A DNA stretch of 64,000 nucleotides, taken from the NCBI RefSeq assembly GCF_009914755.1, contig NC_060943.1; one strand, given 5' to 3'. Made by a program: the position numbers and the translations under genes. Origin of the DNA: the human T2T-CHM13v2.0 reference genome, Homo sapiens. This document shows, piece by piece, positions 16,954-32,019 of the stretch (positions are counted from its first letter, which is position 1; each line of letters begins with the position of its first letter). Below the pieces are notes generated by a model that had not been told where the DNA came from, did no database searches, and saw only the letters and a program-made list of their open reading frames with translations.

Positions 16954-18363
16954 GCTTTGTTCTTTTTGCTTAGGATTGCATTGGCTCTTCGGGCTTTTTT
17001 TGTTGTTCCATATGAATTTAAAAACAGTTTTTAGTTGTGTTAAGAATGTTTTTGGTAGTTTGATAGAAATGGCATTATTTCTGTATATTTCTTTGAGCAG
17101 TATGGTTATTTTAATGATACTGATTTTTTTCTGTCCTTGAGCATAAAGTAGTTTTTGATTTGTTTGTGTTAGTTCTGACTTCTTTAAGAAGTGTTTTGTA
17201 GTTCTTGTCGTAGAGATTTTTCACCACCCTGGTTAGCTGTATTTCTAGATATTCTATTCTTTTTGTGGCAGTTGTGAATGGAATTATGTTTTTGATTTGG
17301 TTTTTGGCTCAGATATTGTGGATGTGCAGAGATGCTGCTGATTTTTGTACATGTATTTTGTATCCTGAAACTTTGCTGAAGTTGTTTTTCAGTCTAAAGA
17401 GCTTTTGCACCAAGACTATAGGGTTTTCTAGATATAGAATCATGTCATCTGCAAACAGGGTTAGTTTCCTTTCCTCTCTTCCTGTTGGGATGCCTGTTAT
17501 TTATTTCTCTTGCCTGATTGCTCTAGCCAGGACTTCCAATTCTATGTTGAATAAAAGTAGTGAGAGAAGTCATCCTTTTCTTGTGCCAGTTTTTAAGAAG
17601 AAATGCTTCCAGCTTGCGTCCATTCAGCAGGTTGGCTGTTGATTTGTCACAGATATCTTACTATTTTGAAGTATGTACCTTCAATGCCTGGTTTGTTTAG
17701 GGTTCTAAACATGAAGAATGTTACATTTTATTGAAAGCTTTATCTACGTCTATTGAGATAATCTTGTGTTTTTTGTCTTTAGTTCTGTTTATGTGATGAA
17801 TCACATTTATTGACTTGTGTATGTTGAACCCACCTTGCATCCCAGGGATAAAGCCTACTTGATCATAGCAGATTAGCTTGTTGATGTGCTGCTGGATTCA
17901 ATTTTACAGTATTTCATTGAGGATTTTTGCATCAGTGTTCATGAAGAATTTTTGCCTGAGTTTTCTTTTTTTTGTTTTATGTTTGCCAGGTTTTGGTATC
18001 AGAATGATGCTGTTACTATATAATGAGCAGGGGAAGAGTTTCTTCTCAATTTTTTTAGTAGTTTTAGAAAGTATAATACCAGCTTTTCTTTGTACATCTA
18101 GTAGAATTCAGCTGTGAATCTGTGGGTCCTAGGCTTTTTTTGGCTGGTAGGCTATTTACTAATTCAATTTTAGAGCTTGTTATTGTTCTGTTCTGGGCTC
18201 CAGTTTCTTTCTGTTTGGTATTGGGAGAATGTATTTGCCCAGAAATTTATCCATTTCTTTTAGATTTTTTTTTTAGTTTGTGTGCATAGAGATGTTTATA
18301 GTAGACTTCAGTAGTTATTTGTATTTTTGTGGGGTCAGTAGTAATGACCCTTTTGTCATTTCC

Positions 18364-18636
18364 TTTTTTTTTTTTTTTGATATGGAGTCTTGCTCTGTCA
18401 CCCAGGCTGGAGTACAGTGGCTCGATCTCAGCTCACTGCAAGCTCCGTCTCCCAGGTTCACGCCATTCACCTGCCTCTGCCTCCTGAGTAGATGGGACTA
18501 CGGGCACCCGCCACCATGCCTGGCTAATTTTTTTTTATATTCTTAGTAGAGACAGGGTATAGCCAGGATGGTCTCTTATCTCCTGACCTTGTGATCCACC
18601 CACCTCGGCCTCCCAAAGTGCTGGGATTACAGGCAT
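18364..18636 (-). mobile_element. AluY-type
   Basis: Antisense Alu, TTGTCATTTC on both sides. Confidence 0.9.
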
Positions 18637-19069
18637 TGTCATTTCTTATTGTGTTTATTTGAATCTTCTCTTCTTACTTCACTAAACTTGCTAGTGGTTT
18701 ATCTTATTGATTTATTTAAAAGATTTAACTCCTGGATTTCTTGATCTTTTGTATGACTTCTTATGTCTAAATCTCCTTCAGTTCTGATCTGATTTTGGTT
18801 ATTTCTTGTCTTCTGCTAGCTCAGGGGCTGGTTTGCTCTTGCTTCTCTTATACTTTTATTTATGATGTTAGGTTGTTAAATTGAGATCTTTCTACCTTTT
18901 TCATGTGAGCATTTAGTGCTGTAAATTCCCCTTTTAACCTCACATTAGCTGTGTTGGAGAGATTCTGGTGGTGTGTTGTATCACTGTTCTCATTTGTTTT
19001 AAAGAACTTCTTGATTTGTGCCTTAATTTCATTATTTACCCAAAAGTCATTCAGATGAAGATTGTTTAA

Positions 19070-19424
<355 letters not shown>

Positions 19425-19676
19425 CTGTATTATATCTTTATCTTTATCAAGTTGTGGTCTAAGTGAGCATTTGGTATGATTTTGGGATTATTGAATTTGC
19501 TGAGGATTGTTGTGTTTCTGATTGCGTGGTCAATTTTAGAGTATGTGACACATGGTGATGAGAAAGATATATATACTATGTTGGTTTCAGATGAAGAGTT
19601 TCATATATGTTTATTAGAATGATTTGGTCAAGTGTTGAGTTTAGGTTCTGATATCTGCTAATTTTCTGCCTCAAGG

Positions 19677-20325
19677 TGGGAAATTAAAGAAAATAAAATT
19701 AAATTAAAAAGAGAAAGAAACAAGGTTTCCTGTATTAGGCTGACTTATCCTAGAGGCAGTAACAGGCACAGCCCACATCCAGGAAAAGTTTTGATAACAC
19801 TATTTAAGAAGCCAGGGCTGGAAAGAATGTGCTCTGGAGACTCTCCCAGCATTCCCTCAACATAGGGAGAAGAGAAACAAATTTTCCTTTCTCTTATGAT
19901 TCCTGTTTTTCATTTAAGCAGCACATTGAAGGTCATGAGATGCCTGAGCAGGCCTGGATTGCAGCCACCTAGGCACCATAGTGAAGGTTATAAGATAAGC
20001 CCATGCAAGGCACTAGAGCAAGCCTAGGTAACAGCCATCTGGGCCACATAGTAAGAGTCATATGTAAGTCTGAGTTATAAACCTGTCATAGTATGATTAA
20101 CTGCTTTTGTTCTGTTTCTGTATCCTTGCTTTCACATCACTACACTTTGTGCCACTGTAGGCTTGTTTCAAGTTAGCCCACCCTCTTTAGAAGTGTATGT
20201 AAAAGTTAAATGCTGTCTTTGTCCTTGGCCCAGTCTCTGGATGTTAATCCACTGGGTCTGAGTGCACTCAATAAAATCCTCCTTTTCTACCTATCGGTCT
20301 TTCCAGTCTCCTAATTCCCACAACA
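19677..20325 (+). mobile_element. Solo LTR, family unresolved, inserted in L1
   Basis: Interrupts L1; AATAAA 20270-20275 followed by U5-like tract ending TTCCCACAACA. Confidence 0.65.
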
Positions 20326-20403
20326 CAGTGATCTAAGTGTCTGCGGAGTGTTGTAGTCTCCTATTATTGTGTCAGAATCTACATCTCTTTATAGGTCTTC
20401 TAA

Positions 20404-20725
<322 letters not shown>

Positions 20726-21129
20726 ACACCCATGGATTTTTTTAGAACACCTTTTTCTCTTCTGCTTTTTCCTTCATAAACATTCTTTCAAGTGTACACA
20801 GGGTGCCCAAGGCTACACCTTAGATACCTGAATCCAGTGTCTCCTAAAATTCAGATGTCCAAGGGTTCAGGGACATGTCCAGAGACTTGGTTGTTGTAGG
20901 AGAAAATATAAATTAGAAATAAGAGGCTTTATTCTCCTACCTGAAAATAATGGAAGATATTTTGTTCTTTTTTCTTAAAGCATTTAGATTATATGTAGAT
21001 ATTTTTCTCTGATTTTTGGAAATATATGTAAATCATAGTAACAGCTAAATAAACCATTTGTCATTTTTTTTTGACTCAAGGTTGTCTTTCTCTAGGACCT
21101 CATAACCATTGCTTTGTTTTTGCTTTGGG

Positions 21130-22600
21130 AAAGGTTTTATTTTATTTTTTCATTTTTAGTCTTGTAAAGTAGACACAGAGTTGTTTAGATTAAAGCTCAT
21201 TTTAAGAGTACACAAAAGTTGAGCACAAAGATAATAAAGACTAGAAAATACTAAGTTCCTTTGAGAGAAAACTGATTATCCAGGGTAATTATCTGATATT
21301 TGCAGTCCAAAGTACTTACACAGAAAAAGCAAGAGCAGTTCAGTGTATAAACTGAAAAGTGGAATCTGTAGTTGTACTTTGGTTTCTATTTATTACTTCA
21401 GAACAATTAACATAGTTATTATGTGTAGTGTTTGTCAACAACCTGCACTCATATTAATAGCATTTTCTATAATAGTATGAATATAAGGCCACAATATTTA
21501 CTTTGAATACCTTAAATAGGCACTTCAATATTGTTCTTTTTACTTTTGAAATATAGTGTTTTAACTGAATTATGGTTACAGACAATTTTTAAAAGTTCTA
21601 CAGACATCATGACTAGTACACAAAAATTATTTATACATAGATATTTGTATCTAACATCAAAGGAAAACTCACTACAAAATTGTTACAGTAGATATTAGTC
21701 TGAAATGCTCATTAGTTTCCCCAAAAGGACTAATTATATGTGAGCATGGTTTCAGTGTCTTATTTCACTAAATTTGAATGCTGCTATTACAGGACAAATC
21801 AACATGATGAGTGATGTGGCCACCCAAAACCATAATAGCTCTTTAGTTAACTATGTTTCAATCTCAGATACATTCCACTATATAAACAAAGTCAGGTTCC
21901 AGTTCTTATCAAAAAGCTCTAGTGGAAGTTGTCACATGTATTTCACAATAGATCCCCCATTTGATGGCTAGGAGATAAAAGAGCAACAGACATGAAAGAA
22001 AAACCTTATGAAATTCTACTGAGAATATGCCCTTTTTCTTCATAATGCTCATGTTTCTCATGCTGACAATAGCTGTGCATTTTGGGTGTTTTCAGAGAAA
22101 TTCCTTTTAGGGGAATATTTTCTGGCCTACTTGATCAATCTTGTATCTAATCTGAGTTTTCTTCTTAAGATGCTTTTAACTTAGTTTGTTCTCAGTAGAA
22201 TCTTGCTGAGATGGAGAGCTGCTTTTCTCTCTCATGCTTTGGTTGTCTGTTTCAGAAGGCCTATTCATATCCTGTGGTTTGTGTGAATTAGGTGGGCTGT
22301 CACAGTGAGAACTCTTGGAGCATCTGCACTTATCCTGGAAATCCAGCAGTATTTTTTAATGTCACAATTATAACTAGAAACTGAGGCTGAAACACTGCTC
22401 CCATTCCCATTATTATGAAGGCACAATTCTATCCAGGAGGCCTACAGGATCTCCTCATGCAGCTCAGGCTTTACTCTCTGATGTGGCACTGGAGTGCTGC
22501 TATGGCAATTGGGGTTCATGTATGATGTGAGCTGCCAGCTGTGAGCCCTGTGCTGTGAGCTGTGTTTCAGTGGCAGATGGTAGGAGTCGAGAGGACACTC
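21130..22600 (-). pseudogene. BNIP3 processed pseudogene (BNIP3P family, number unresolved)
   Basis: Minus strand about 22484-21909 gives [63 protein letters not shown], colinear with BNIP3; no introns, start codon lost, stops and frameshifts; T-rich tail remnant near 21135. Confidence 0.9.
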
Positions 22601-23196
22601 GTCATCAGGAGAGGGTAAGCAGGAGTGCTCTAGCCCAGTGCTTAGGGAGTAGAGGAGCCATTGCTTTAAAATGTAAATAGCCAAAAAGATAGCACCCCAT
22701 CCAGCCATTTCTGCAGGAGAGTGAGAGCCTACCTTCAGCAGCCACCTGCTTTCAAGTTGGAATATTACCTCCTGTCGTGAAGATAGGAAAAGTTTATTTT
22801 GTCATTGACTATAACCCACTGGCATGCACAGATGGCCTCTCAAATTACCAGGTAAATTTAGGATAAACTCTGTATGACATGGTGCTGTAAGTTCTTCCAC
22901 TTGTGGACTAATTATAATGACTATTTTTCTGTCTTTGCAGTCTCTTAAGCAAATTGACTGTGGTGCATGTCACATTCTGGTTTACTTGCATATAAAAACT
23001 CTTTTGTTCTATCATTATGGAGTTTCTCTGCAGCTGGATACAATTTTTCTTTTAATTATATTTTCCAAACACTATCTAGAATTACCATACATGATATAAA
23101 CATATTAGGTGCCAGCCAGGCTTTACTCTAGAGGGTACTTTTCCTCTCAGGCTTCCAGTCAACTCACAGTTGTGCTGCAAAGTGCATGCTGTCACT

Positions 23197-23520
<324 letters not shown>

Positions 23521-23829
23521 TTATCTATAGTCCTCTACAGTCACTTCTAGAGGGATTAGATTTGTACAAATGTTACAGGGTGGAAATCAACCATTTTACC
23601 TCTTTCAATGACTCTTGTGTCTTCAAACCTGAAACTGATTAAGAGACCATGGAGCCAAGAAACCAAATCAGAGTAACACGTGTGCATTGAGTAGACATGT
23701 GGACATGAGAATCTCCACTTTCCCCTTCCTCCTCTTGGTAAACTGCTCACAAATGTTCAGGTAACATCTGCTACTGCTACTCCACCTATTCAGGACCTAA
23801 ATCTGCAGATGGAAATTCTGAATCTAGGT

Positions 23830-24380
23830 CATGAGATTTGGAAAACAGAAAATCTTTTATCTGAGGAATGCAAATCCTCTTTTTAGGTCGGGGCGAAAGT
23901 TATTGCGGTTTTACCATTTAATGTAATGGCAAAAACCACAATTACATTTGCACCAACCTAATAGTTGTCAAACTCGGAGAGACATTAAAATGAGAACACA
24001 ATTATGTCTTTCTCTCCTCTTTGAACCATATAGTTATCTCTTGAAATTGTTTACTATTGCCACCAGTGGCTATAAATTAAACTGATAGTGCCACACTGGA
24101 CACTATAGCCCATACTCTAAACCCTAACGATGTACACTCAATCAGTAATCAATGTTAATTCTGTAAATAAATAAGAATTTCTCACAGACAACCTTTTATC
24201 AGGCCACACTCTGTCCCTCTCTCTTTGCCTTTGCAAATCCACTTGTAAGTGCTGCTAATTGAAGTGTAGATTCCAGTCAACTTGAATCTTTGCCCGCAGT
24301 TTACAATCCTCAAGCTTGGCCCAAATAAACTGCCTACTTCTGTTCATGTTGCCTCATCTTCTACCTTCTAGATAGATGTA
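23830..24380 (+). mobile_element. ERV1-type LTR remnant hosting a MADE1
   Basis: U3/R-like sequence with CCTCAAGCTTGGCCCAAATAAACT poly-A signal context. Confidence 0.5.
23883..23961. mobile_element. MADE1 (Hsmar1-derived MITE)
   Basis: 79-bp near-palindrome TTAGGTCGGGGCGAAAG...TTTGCACCAACCTAA followed by TA. Confidence 0.9.
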
Positions 24381-24813
24381 TAATCTAGAGTGTGCCAGAG
24401 CAGCCTCTATGAGGAGATCTCTCCTTTGATTGTTGTGTGCTTGCTCTAATACCCAAGGATGCAGAGCCAGGTTGATCCCATCTAGGATCTGCACATAAGG
24501 CCAGGCCTCTTCTTGGGATTTACAAGACAAGGCCACACTTTGGATTCAGAATGTAAAAAAAACTAACAGGAGGCATCTTCTGCATTGTGAGATGTCAACA
24601 TGGGCATTTTAAAGACATCTTTTGAGAGTGTGGCTCTTTGAGCTTTTCAGATCTTGTCCAATGACCTGCTTCAGTTGTGTGAGAGGCTTCTGGTATAAAT
24701 AGAATCTAATGTCAGATTCAGTAAGTGTAAACAAGCATCGTAGGAGTGAGATCAAGGCCACAAAGTATCCAGAGCCATAACACAACTATACCTACCTGTA
24801 AAATGTGATGCTG

Positions 24814-25107
24814 GGCCAGGCGTGGTGGCTCACGCCTATAATCCCAGGACTTTGGGAGTCCAAGGCAGACGGATCACGACGTCAGGAGTTGGAGACCAGC
24901 CTGACCAACATGGTGAAACCCCATCTCTACTAAAAATACAAAAATTAGCCGAGTGTGGTGGCACATGCCTGTAATCCCAGCTGTTCAGGAGGCTAAGGCA
25001 GGAAAATCGCTTGAACCTAGGAGGCGGAGGTTACAGTGAGCTGAGATCATGCCACTGCACTCCAGCCTGGGTGACAGAGCGAGACTCCATCTCAAAAAAA
25101 AAAAAAA
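24814..25107 (+). mobile_element. Alu
   Basis: Dimer plus poly-A. Confidence 0.95.
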
Positions 25108-26676
25108 GTGAACACTGTAGTAGAGTATTCTTGTCCTTCCTCTTACCCAAGAGCTAGCAAATCAGGACGGGTGATCCAGGTTCTGGAGCTCTGCCAGGGC
25201 AGTTCCATTTTCTATTTAGAATGAGCCTGAGTCTCTTCTGCCTTTCTTATTATTGGGCCATCAGCACAGGGTCACTGGGAACCCTCTCTCAATTAGCTAG
25301 GTATATTTCAGACATTTGATGATGTCCAGAGCAGAACTGTGTCAGGATGATAAGAGTGGTTAATTCCGCTTCTGTTTCAATGTAAGAGAAATGAATCATC
25401 TTGTGTTTGTTTCTTTCCTCATACAAGAGATGTGTTTGGTTGGTACCCAGATGAGAGTTTCTCTAGTTTTCTGGTACTTTGGGTAAAAGACGAGGAGGAG
25501 GTCTGGAGACTCAAAGCAGATAAACTAATTGCTTCATTAATATGACCATTAGAAAAAAAATGAAGCAGTCATGGTCCCTACCATCCAAAAACTCTTGGTT
25601 TAGACTATCAACTGGATAAATGGTTGAATGAAGCATCATATGGTTGGTACAATGAATACGTGTGTGCAAAAAAACTTGGGCTTTATTTGGGCCACTTTCT
25701 TTACATTGTTGTAACTTCTGATGTCATCAGCTGAAGGGATATTTATGGACAGAAGAATTTTTATTATTATTTCTATTTTTCTTACCTTGTTAAGAATATA
25801 TATTTATCTTCTAATAAAATTACCCTAGAAAACCTTAAGAGATTTGCTTAAATTGCTTATTAGTATATGTTATAAAATTGACAGCACAGTAGCTAAAAAA
25901 AATTAAAATTACACAAACTCTGGAATTTAAGTTTTTCTTAGGTAAGTCTAGGAAAAACAGAACTGGAAGTACCCCCACTGGCATAGAGAACAGAATTCTA
26001 CACAGGGTCCACTCTTTGGCCCAGTTCTGTTCAGATTCACCCTTTTTGGATGCCTTATTTTGGTCTGGCCCCACTCTGGAGCCTTGCCTCACAGAACTGA
26101 TTAGAAGAGATCAGAGTTTTGGGTGGTATATTTTGCTACCTTTCTAGAGCTGGTGCTCTGATTTCGTGAAACTCAAAAGCAGATAAGTGGAAAAATACGT
26201 ATTTTTAATTTTTTATTAAAATCAGTGCTTACCAAGACATTCCATTTAGCAACTTGTTTTCTATTCCTGCAGATCCAGTAGTTGCTCCACAAGTCACAAT
26301 AAATTAAATATAAACACAATAAAAATTCCTCTAAACTACATTAAACTCTTAATTTCTGTATTCCTCTCATCTGTCTATATTTAGCTTTTATTCTATACAT
26401 TTTATTTTTTAAAAATCAATGACAGAGAAACAGAAAAATTAAAATTCTGGGTCCTTTATCTAAATCCTGGGAATTATTAAACACTTAGTACCAACTCCCA
26501 GGGTGTTATGAGGATGAAATCACACAGTATGTTATGCCCAGCACAGTGCTCTGTAACATACTCTTGAGCACATAGTACCTGCTTAACAAACATTGCATTA
26601 GTACCTGTGCATATGCTATTTTTCAAATGCAGACTCATTCAGACATTGCTGCCTTCTGTTTGTTCTGTAAACTTTA

Positions 26677-27566
26677 TTTTACTATTTTTTTCAGGTTTTT
26701 GAGAAGCTACTTTAATCTGTTATGAAAAGAGAGGTTTCTTCACTTTGACTTTTTTTTTTCCATAAGTCACTGGTGTACAGGTAGTATTTGGTTACATGCA
26801 TAAGTTCTTTAGTGGTGATTTGTGAGATTTTCGTGCACCCATCACCCAAGCAGTTTACACTACACCCATTTGTAGTCTTCTATCCCTTGCCCTGCTCCCA
26901 CTCTTCCCCCAAAGTCCCCAAAGTCCATTGTACCATTCCTATGCCTTTGTGTTTTCGTAGTTTAGCTCCCACATATCAGTGAGAACAGAAAACCTTTTAT
27001 CTGAGGAATGCAAATCCTCTTGTTAGGTCGGGGCAAAAGTTATTGTGGTTTTACCTTTTAATGTAATGGCAAAAACCAGAATTACATTTGCACCAACCTA
27101 ATAGTTGTCAAACTCAGAGAGACATTAAAATGAGAACACAATTACGTCTTTCCTCTTTGAACTATGTAGTTATCTCTTGAAACTGTTTACTATTGCCACC
27201 AGTGGCTATAAATTAAATTAATAGTGCTGCACTGTGCACTATAACCCATACTCTAAACCTTAACGATGTATATATACCCAATTAATAATCAATTTTTTTT
27301 GTAAATAAATAATTTCTGACAGACAACCTTGTATCAGCCCACTTGGGGGTGTCTCTCAGGTCCTGCAGGAGCAGTCTGCTTCCTTCAGATGGTCTGTGGG
27401 TCCTCTTGGGATTGCTAGTTTGTTCTTGCAGTCAATCTGGAGCTAAAATTCACACTGTGAACCTCCACACACTTCTCTGTCCAAGTCGGAGCTGCAATCT
27501 AGTCCTGCCTCCCATCCACCATGACTGAGCCCATTCCACTTTGGCTCTTTAAGTAAGTAGGCCACC
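26677..27566 (-). mobile_element. Composite L1PB remnant: 3' end, foreign filler and 5' end within one TSD
   Basis: TSD TGTTCTGTAAACTTTA at 26661-26676 and 27567-27582; L1PB-type 3'UTR about 26750-26986; L1PB-type 5' end about 27343-27527 (minus CATGGTGGATGGGAGGCAGGACTAGATTGCAGCTCC). Confidence 0.75.
27023..27101. mobile_element. MADE1, second copy inside the duplicated segment
   Basis: Same element and same flanks as 23883-23961. Confidence 0.9.
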
Positions 27567-28978
27567 TGTTCTGTAAACTTTAAAGAGTCAGCAAAGAATA
27601 TGATACTTTAGTGTACAGATGAGTTGTCTTCATTTGTATCAGAACTTTTTGTGTTGTGACAAGAGTCCTGAGTGGAAGGGACTCTGTGCTGTGCCTGCTT
27701 TGTCTAACTAATACTAATGGTGAGCCCAGGGGGAGTTACATCAGCACCGATGGGACTTGTTTAAAACACTCATTTTGGACCCTTTTCAGACCTGCAGAAT
27801 CACATTATGTAGAATGGGGTCAAAATTACCAAGTGATTTATAAGCTCATTACAGCTCGAGGGGCAATGCTTTGCCAAGTGGTTATCAGCCGGGGTTTCTA
27901 ATTAGAATTCCACAGCCAATTTACAAAAATCTCTTTACTTGTGCCCTTTCAACAGGTTCTGCATAGAAGCATCCATGTTGTTTTAATTAAGTGCCTCATG
28001 TGATTCTAAGGTGAGGCCAGAATCAAGTATGAAAGCTTCAAGACACATTCATGAGAGTTCCACCTTTGCACTAAAGGGTGGTTACAGGGCCTGTTCTGTT
28101 TGGGTTTGGTAGGGACAGGGCAGTGCAGTCCATACTACCAATATTGTAGCAGAAACTGCTGTTGTCTGTGGCAGGGGAGGGCACCTGAGGACAGGAAAGA
28201 AGAAATGTGTCTCCATGGAACAGTGCATTGTTCCTAAATGTCTGTTATTAAGAACAGAAATGGGTGGACTTTTTTTGCAAGTCTTGATTCTTCTGCCTGT
28301 GGGTGTGGTGGCAGCAGGTAAACAGGTTCTGTTGACATTTTAAAAGGCATAGTCTCAAGATGCAGGTGTGATTTGTTTGGAGCATGTCATCTGAGCAGGA
28401 ATTTTACAGAAATTGGAAAAAGAAGAATAAATGGCGATTTTTCAGCTAATCATGTCCCAGATCAAGAGCTGTGTCCACTCTGCCTCCTGGACTGTCATGC
28501 ATTTAGTACTTGCAAGCCTTTACTTCTCTACTTGTATTTTTCCTCCCTAATGAGTTTAACTACTTTTTAAAATTCTTATGATAGTCAAGGGTCTCTGAAA
28601 AATATTTCCTTCCTACATACCAGATCTTTCTCTACATTCTCTACATCATAGCTTTTTATGTGCCATGCAGAATTCTCACCGATTATAAATTAATCTGCAA
28701 TATTAAAAATGTTCTCTTGTGGCTGTGAAACAGGAGGTGTGGATACTCAAGGTTTCTATTAGGGAAAGGTGGGGGTCCTCAGTAAAGATGGAGAACATGT
28801 AATGTTGAGGTTCCATCTGTGTTCTCCATTGGCTTTATGCAGAACAGGATTTTCAAAATGCTTATTTAAACAGGATGGCATTTATCACCCAGAAAGTTCT
28901 AAAAAATAATATATATTAGGAGGTACCTGTTCTCTAGAGTGCTAAAAAAAGACTACTTTAAATCATTACTAAAAATTA

Positions 28979-29305
<327 letters not shown>

Positions 29306-30145
29306 TCATCAGTACCTTAAACTTTGAATAAAACTGATGTTTCTTTATGGTTAAATTCAGACTGTAATCTACTTTTAGGTAGCAAGATCACATCAGTGAG
29401 GCTATGTCTTTCTGTATGCACCAGCACATCATAAAAATTTGTCCTAGTGCAGTTGATGTTAATGATTCACTTGGTTAAAGAACTCTCTGACAGACTGTTT
29501 TACTATAGAGTTGATTATTTTTTCTTTATTATTAACTATCTTTATGCAGCTGATGCCATCACATTTAATCTGGCAGCTGCCCTTCTTCCTTAGGTTTTCT
29601 TTGCATATATCTGTCTTTGGAAAATGAAAGCTCTCATCTTTGTTTACAGGACAAAAAAACTGGGAAAAACACAGCTTCCTTCATTTACTGAATGTTTGAC
29701 AAAATATTCTTTTTGGATCAAAAACATTGGCATTACTGGTGAGCTTGTTAGAAATTCAGCAACTCAGACTTTATTCCAGATTTTCTGAAAAAATAATCTG
29801 CATTAACAAAATCTTCAGTTCATTGAACACATTAAAATGTGAGAGGTAAATTCTAACTCAACATGTCTTTTTGATCTGAAAAATATACACAACTCATTCT
29901 GTAAGATGTAAACATAGCACTCAAAAATGTATGTTTCTGTTCATGCCCTTAATTTTATACTTTATCACTTAGAAAAATGTCATGTGTACACTGATGTTGT
30001 GGATCTTATGCCACTATTTTCTCAAAGTTAGAGAATATATTAGAGAACATTTCTGTTTATAAATTAGTTTATTGAATAATTTCAGTCACTTGTATAAGTC
30101 AGAAGCAGTTCTCTTTACTCTCTCATTTCACCTTGAATTAAATAA

Positions 30146-30442
<297 letters not shown>

Positions 30443-30481
30443 TAAATGAGTTTCAGATTCCTGCTTTTAAGAAAAGTTTGG

Positions 30482-30788
<307 letters not shown>

Positions 30789-31120
30789 TCATGTAGAAAA
30801 GAATTTCTTCAAGATGTTTTGTCTTCACCTGAACTTTCCATATTCCTGAGCTGATTTGTATTATGTACTCTTGATTAGTGATAATTTCAGGAATTTGGTG
30901 GCCTAAAATATTGTTGCCCACACCTTAAAATCTAATTGTCACAATCGATTTTTTATTAAGTAGTACTGGGCAATGAAATTAAGAACCTAAAAATTTTAAA
31001 TATTTTCTAAAGATTTAGAAATTTCTCTTATAAATTGGTATTTGGGCATTAATTTACTAGAATATTATATTACATCCTCTTTACTGAGCACATTACTAAA
31101 TTGGTAATTACAGAATATAA

Positions 31121-31255
<135 letters not shown>

Positions 31256-31389
31256 TGAGAGTGAACACAACAGACAACACAGATGAGAGGTCCCAAGGCC
31301 AATAAGAAAGCCAGTCCTTAACAATGTGATTTGGGAAGCTATGTTTCAAAGAAAATATTTTCTGAAAAACTGTGTTCTAAAAAACTTTC

Positions 31390-31710
<321 letters not shown>

Positions 31711-32019
31711 CACCCGTCTTGGTGACTGCCCTACAGAGCAAAGTCCTGAAGAATATTCATTCTGTTGAAAAATAAAATGGGGATTAACAACTACCAAAAC
31801 CCCTTGTAACAAGCCAACTAAAGGTGGACCCTAGTACAGACCCCGCAGCCTTGTGACCAAGCTACAACCCCTCTCTATTACAAATCCATAGGGCATCTCA
31901 GCACCCTGGGGACCCAACAAAAGAGGCTTACCTCCTGAGGCCAGTTTATAAAAAATTGAAGAGGTGTCTGCTTCTTCACATTCACAGACACCAATGCAAA
32001 ACTGTATTGTACCCATTGT

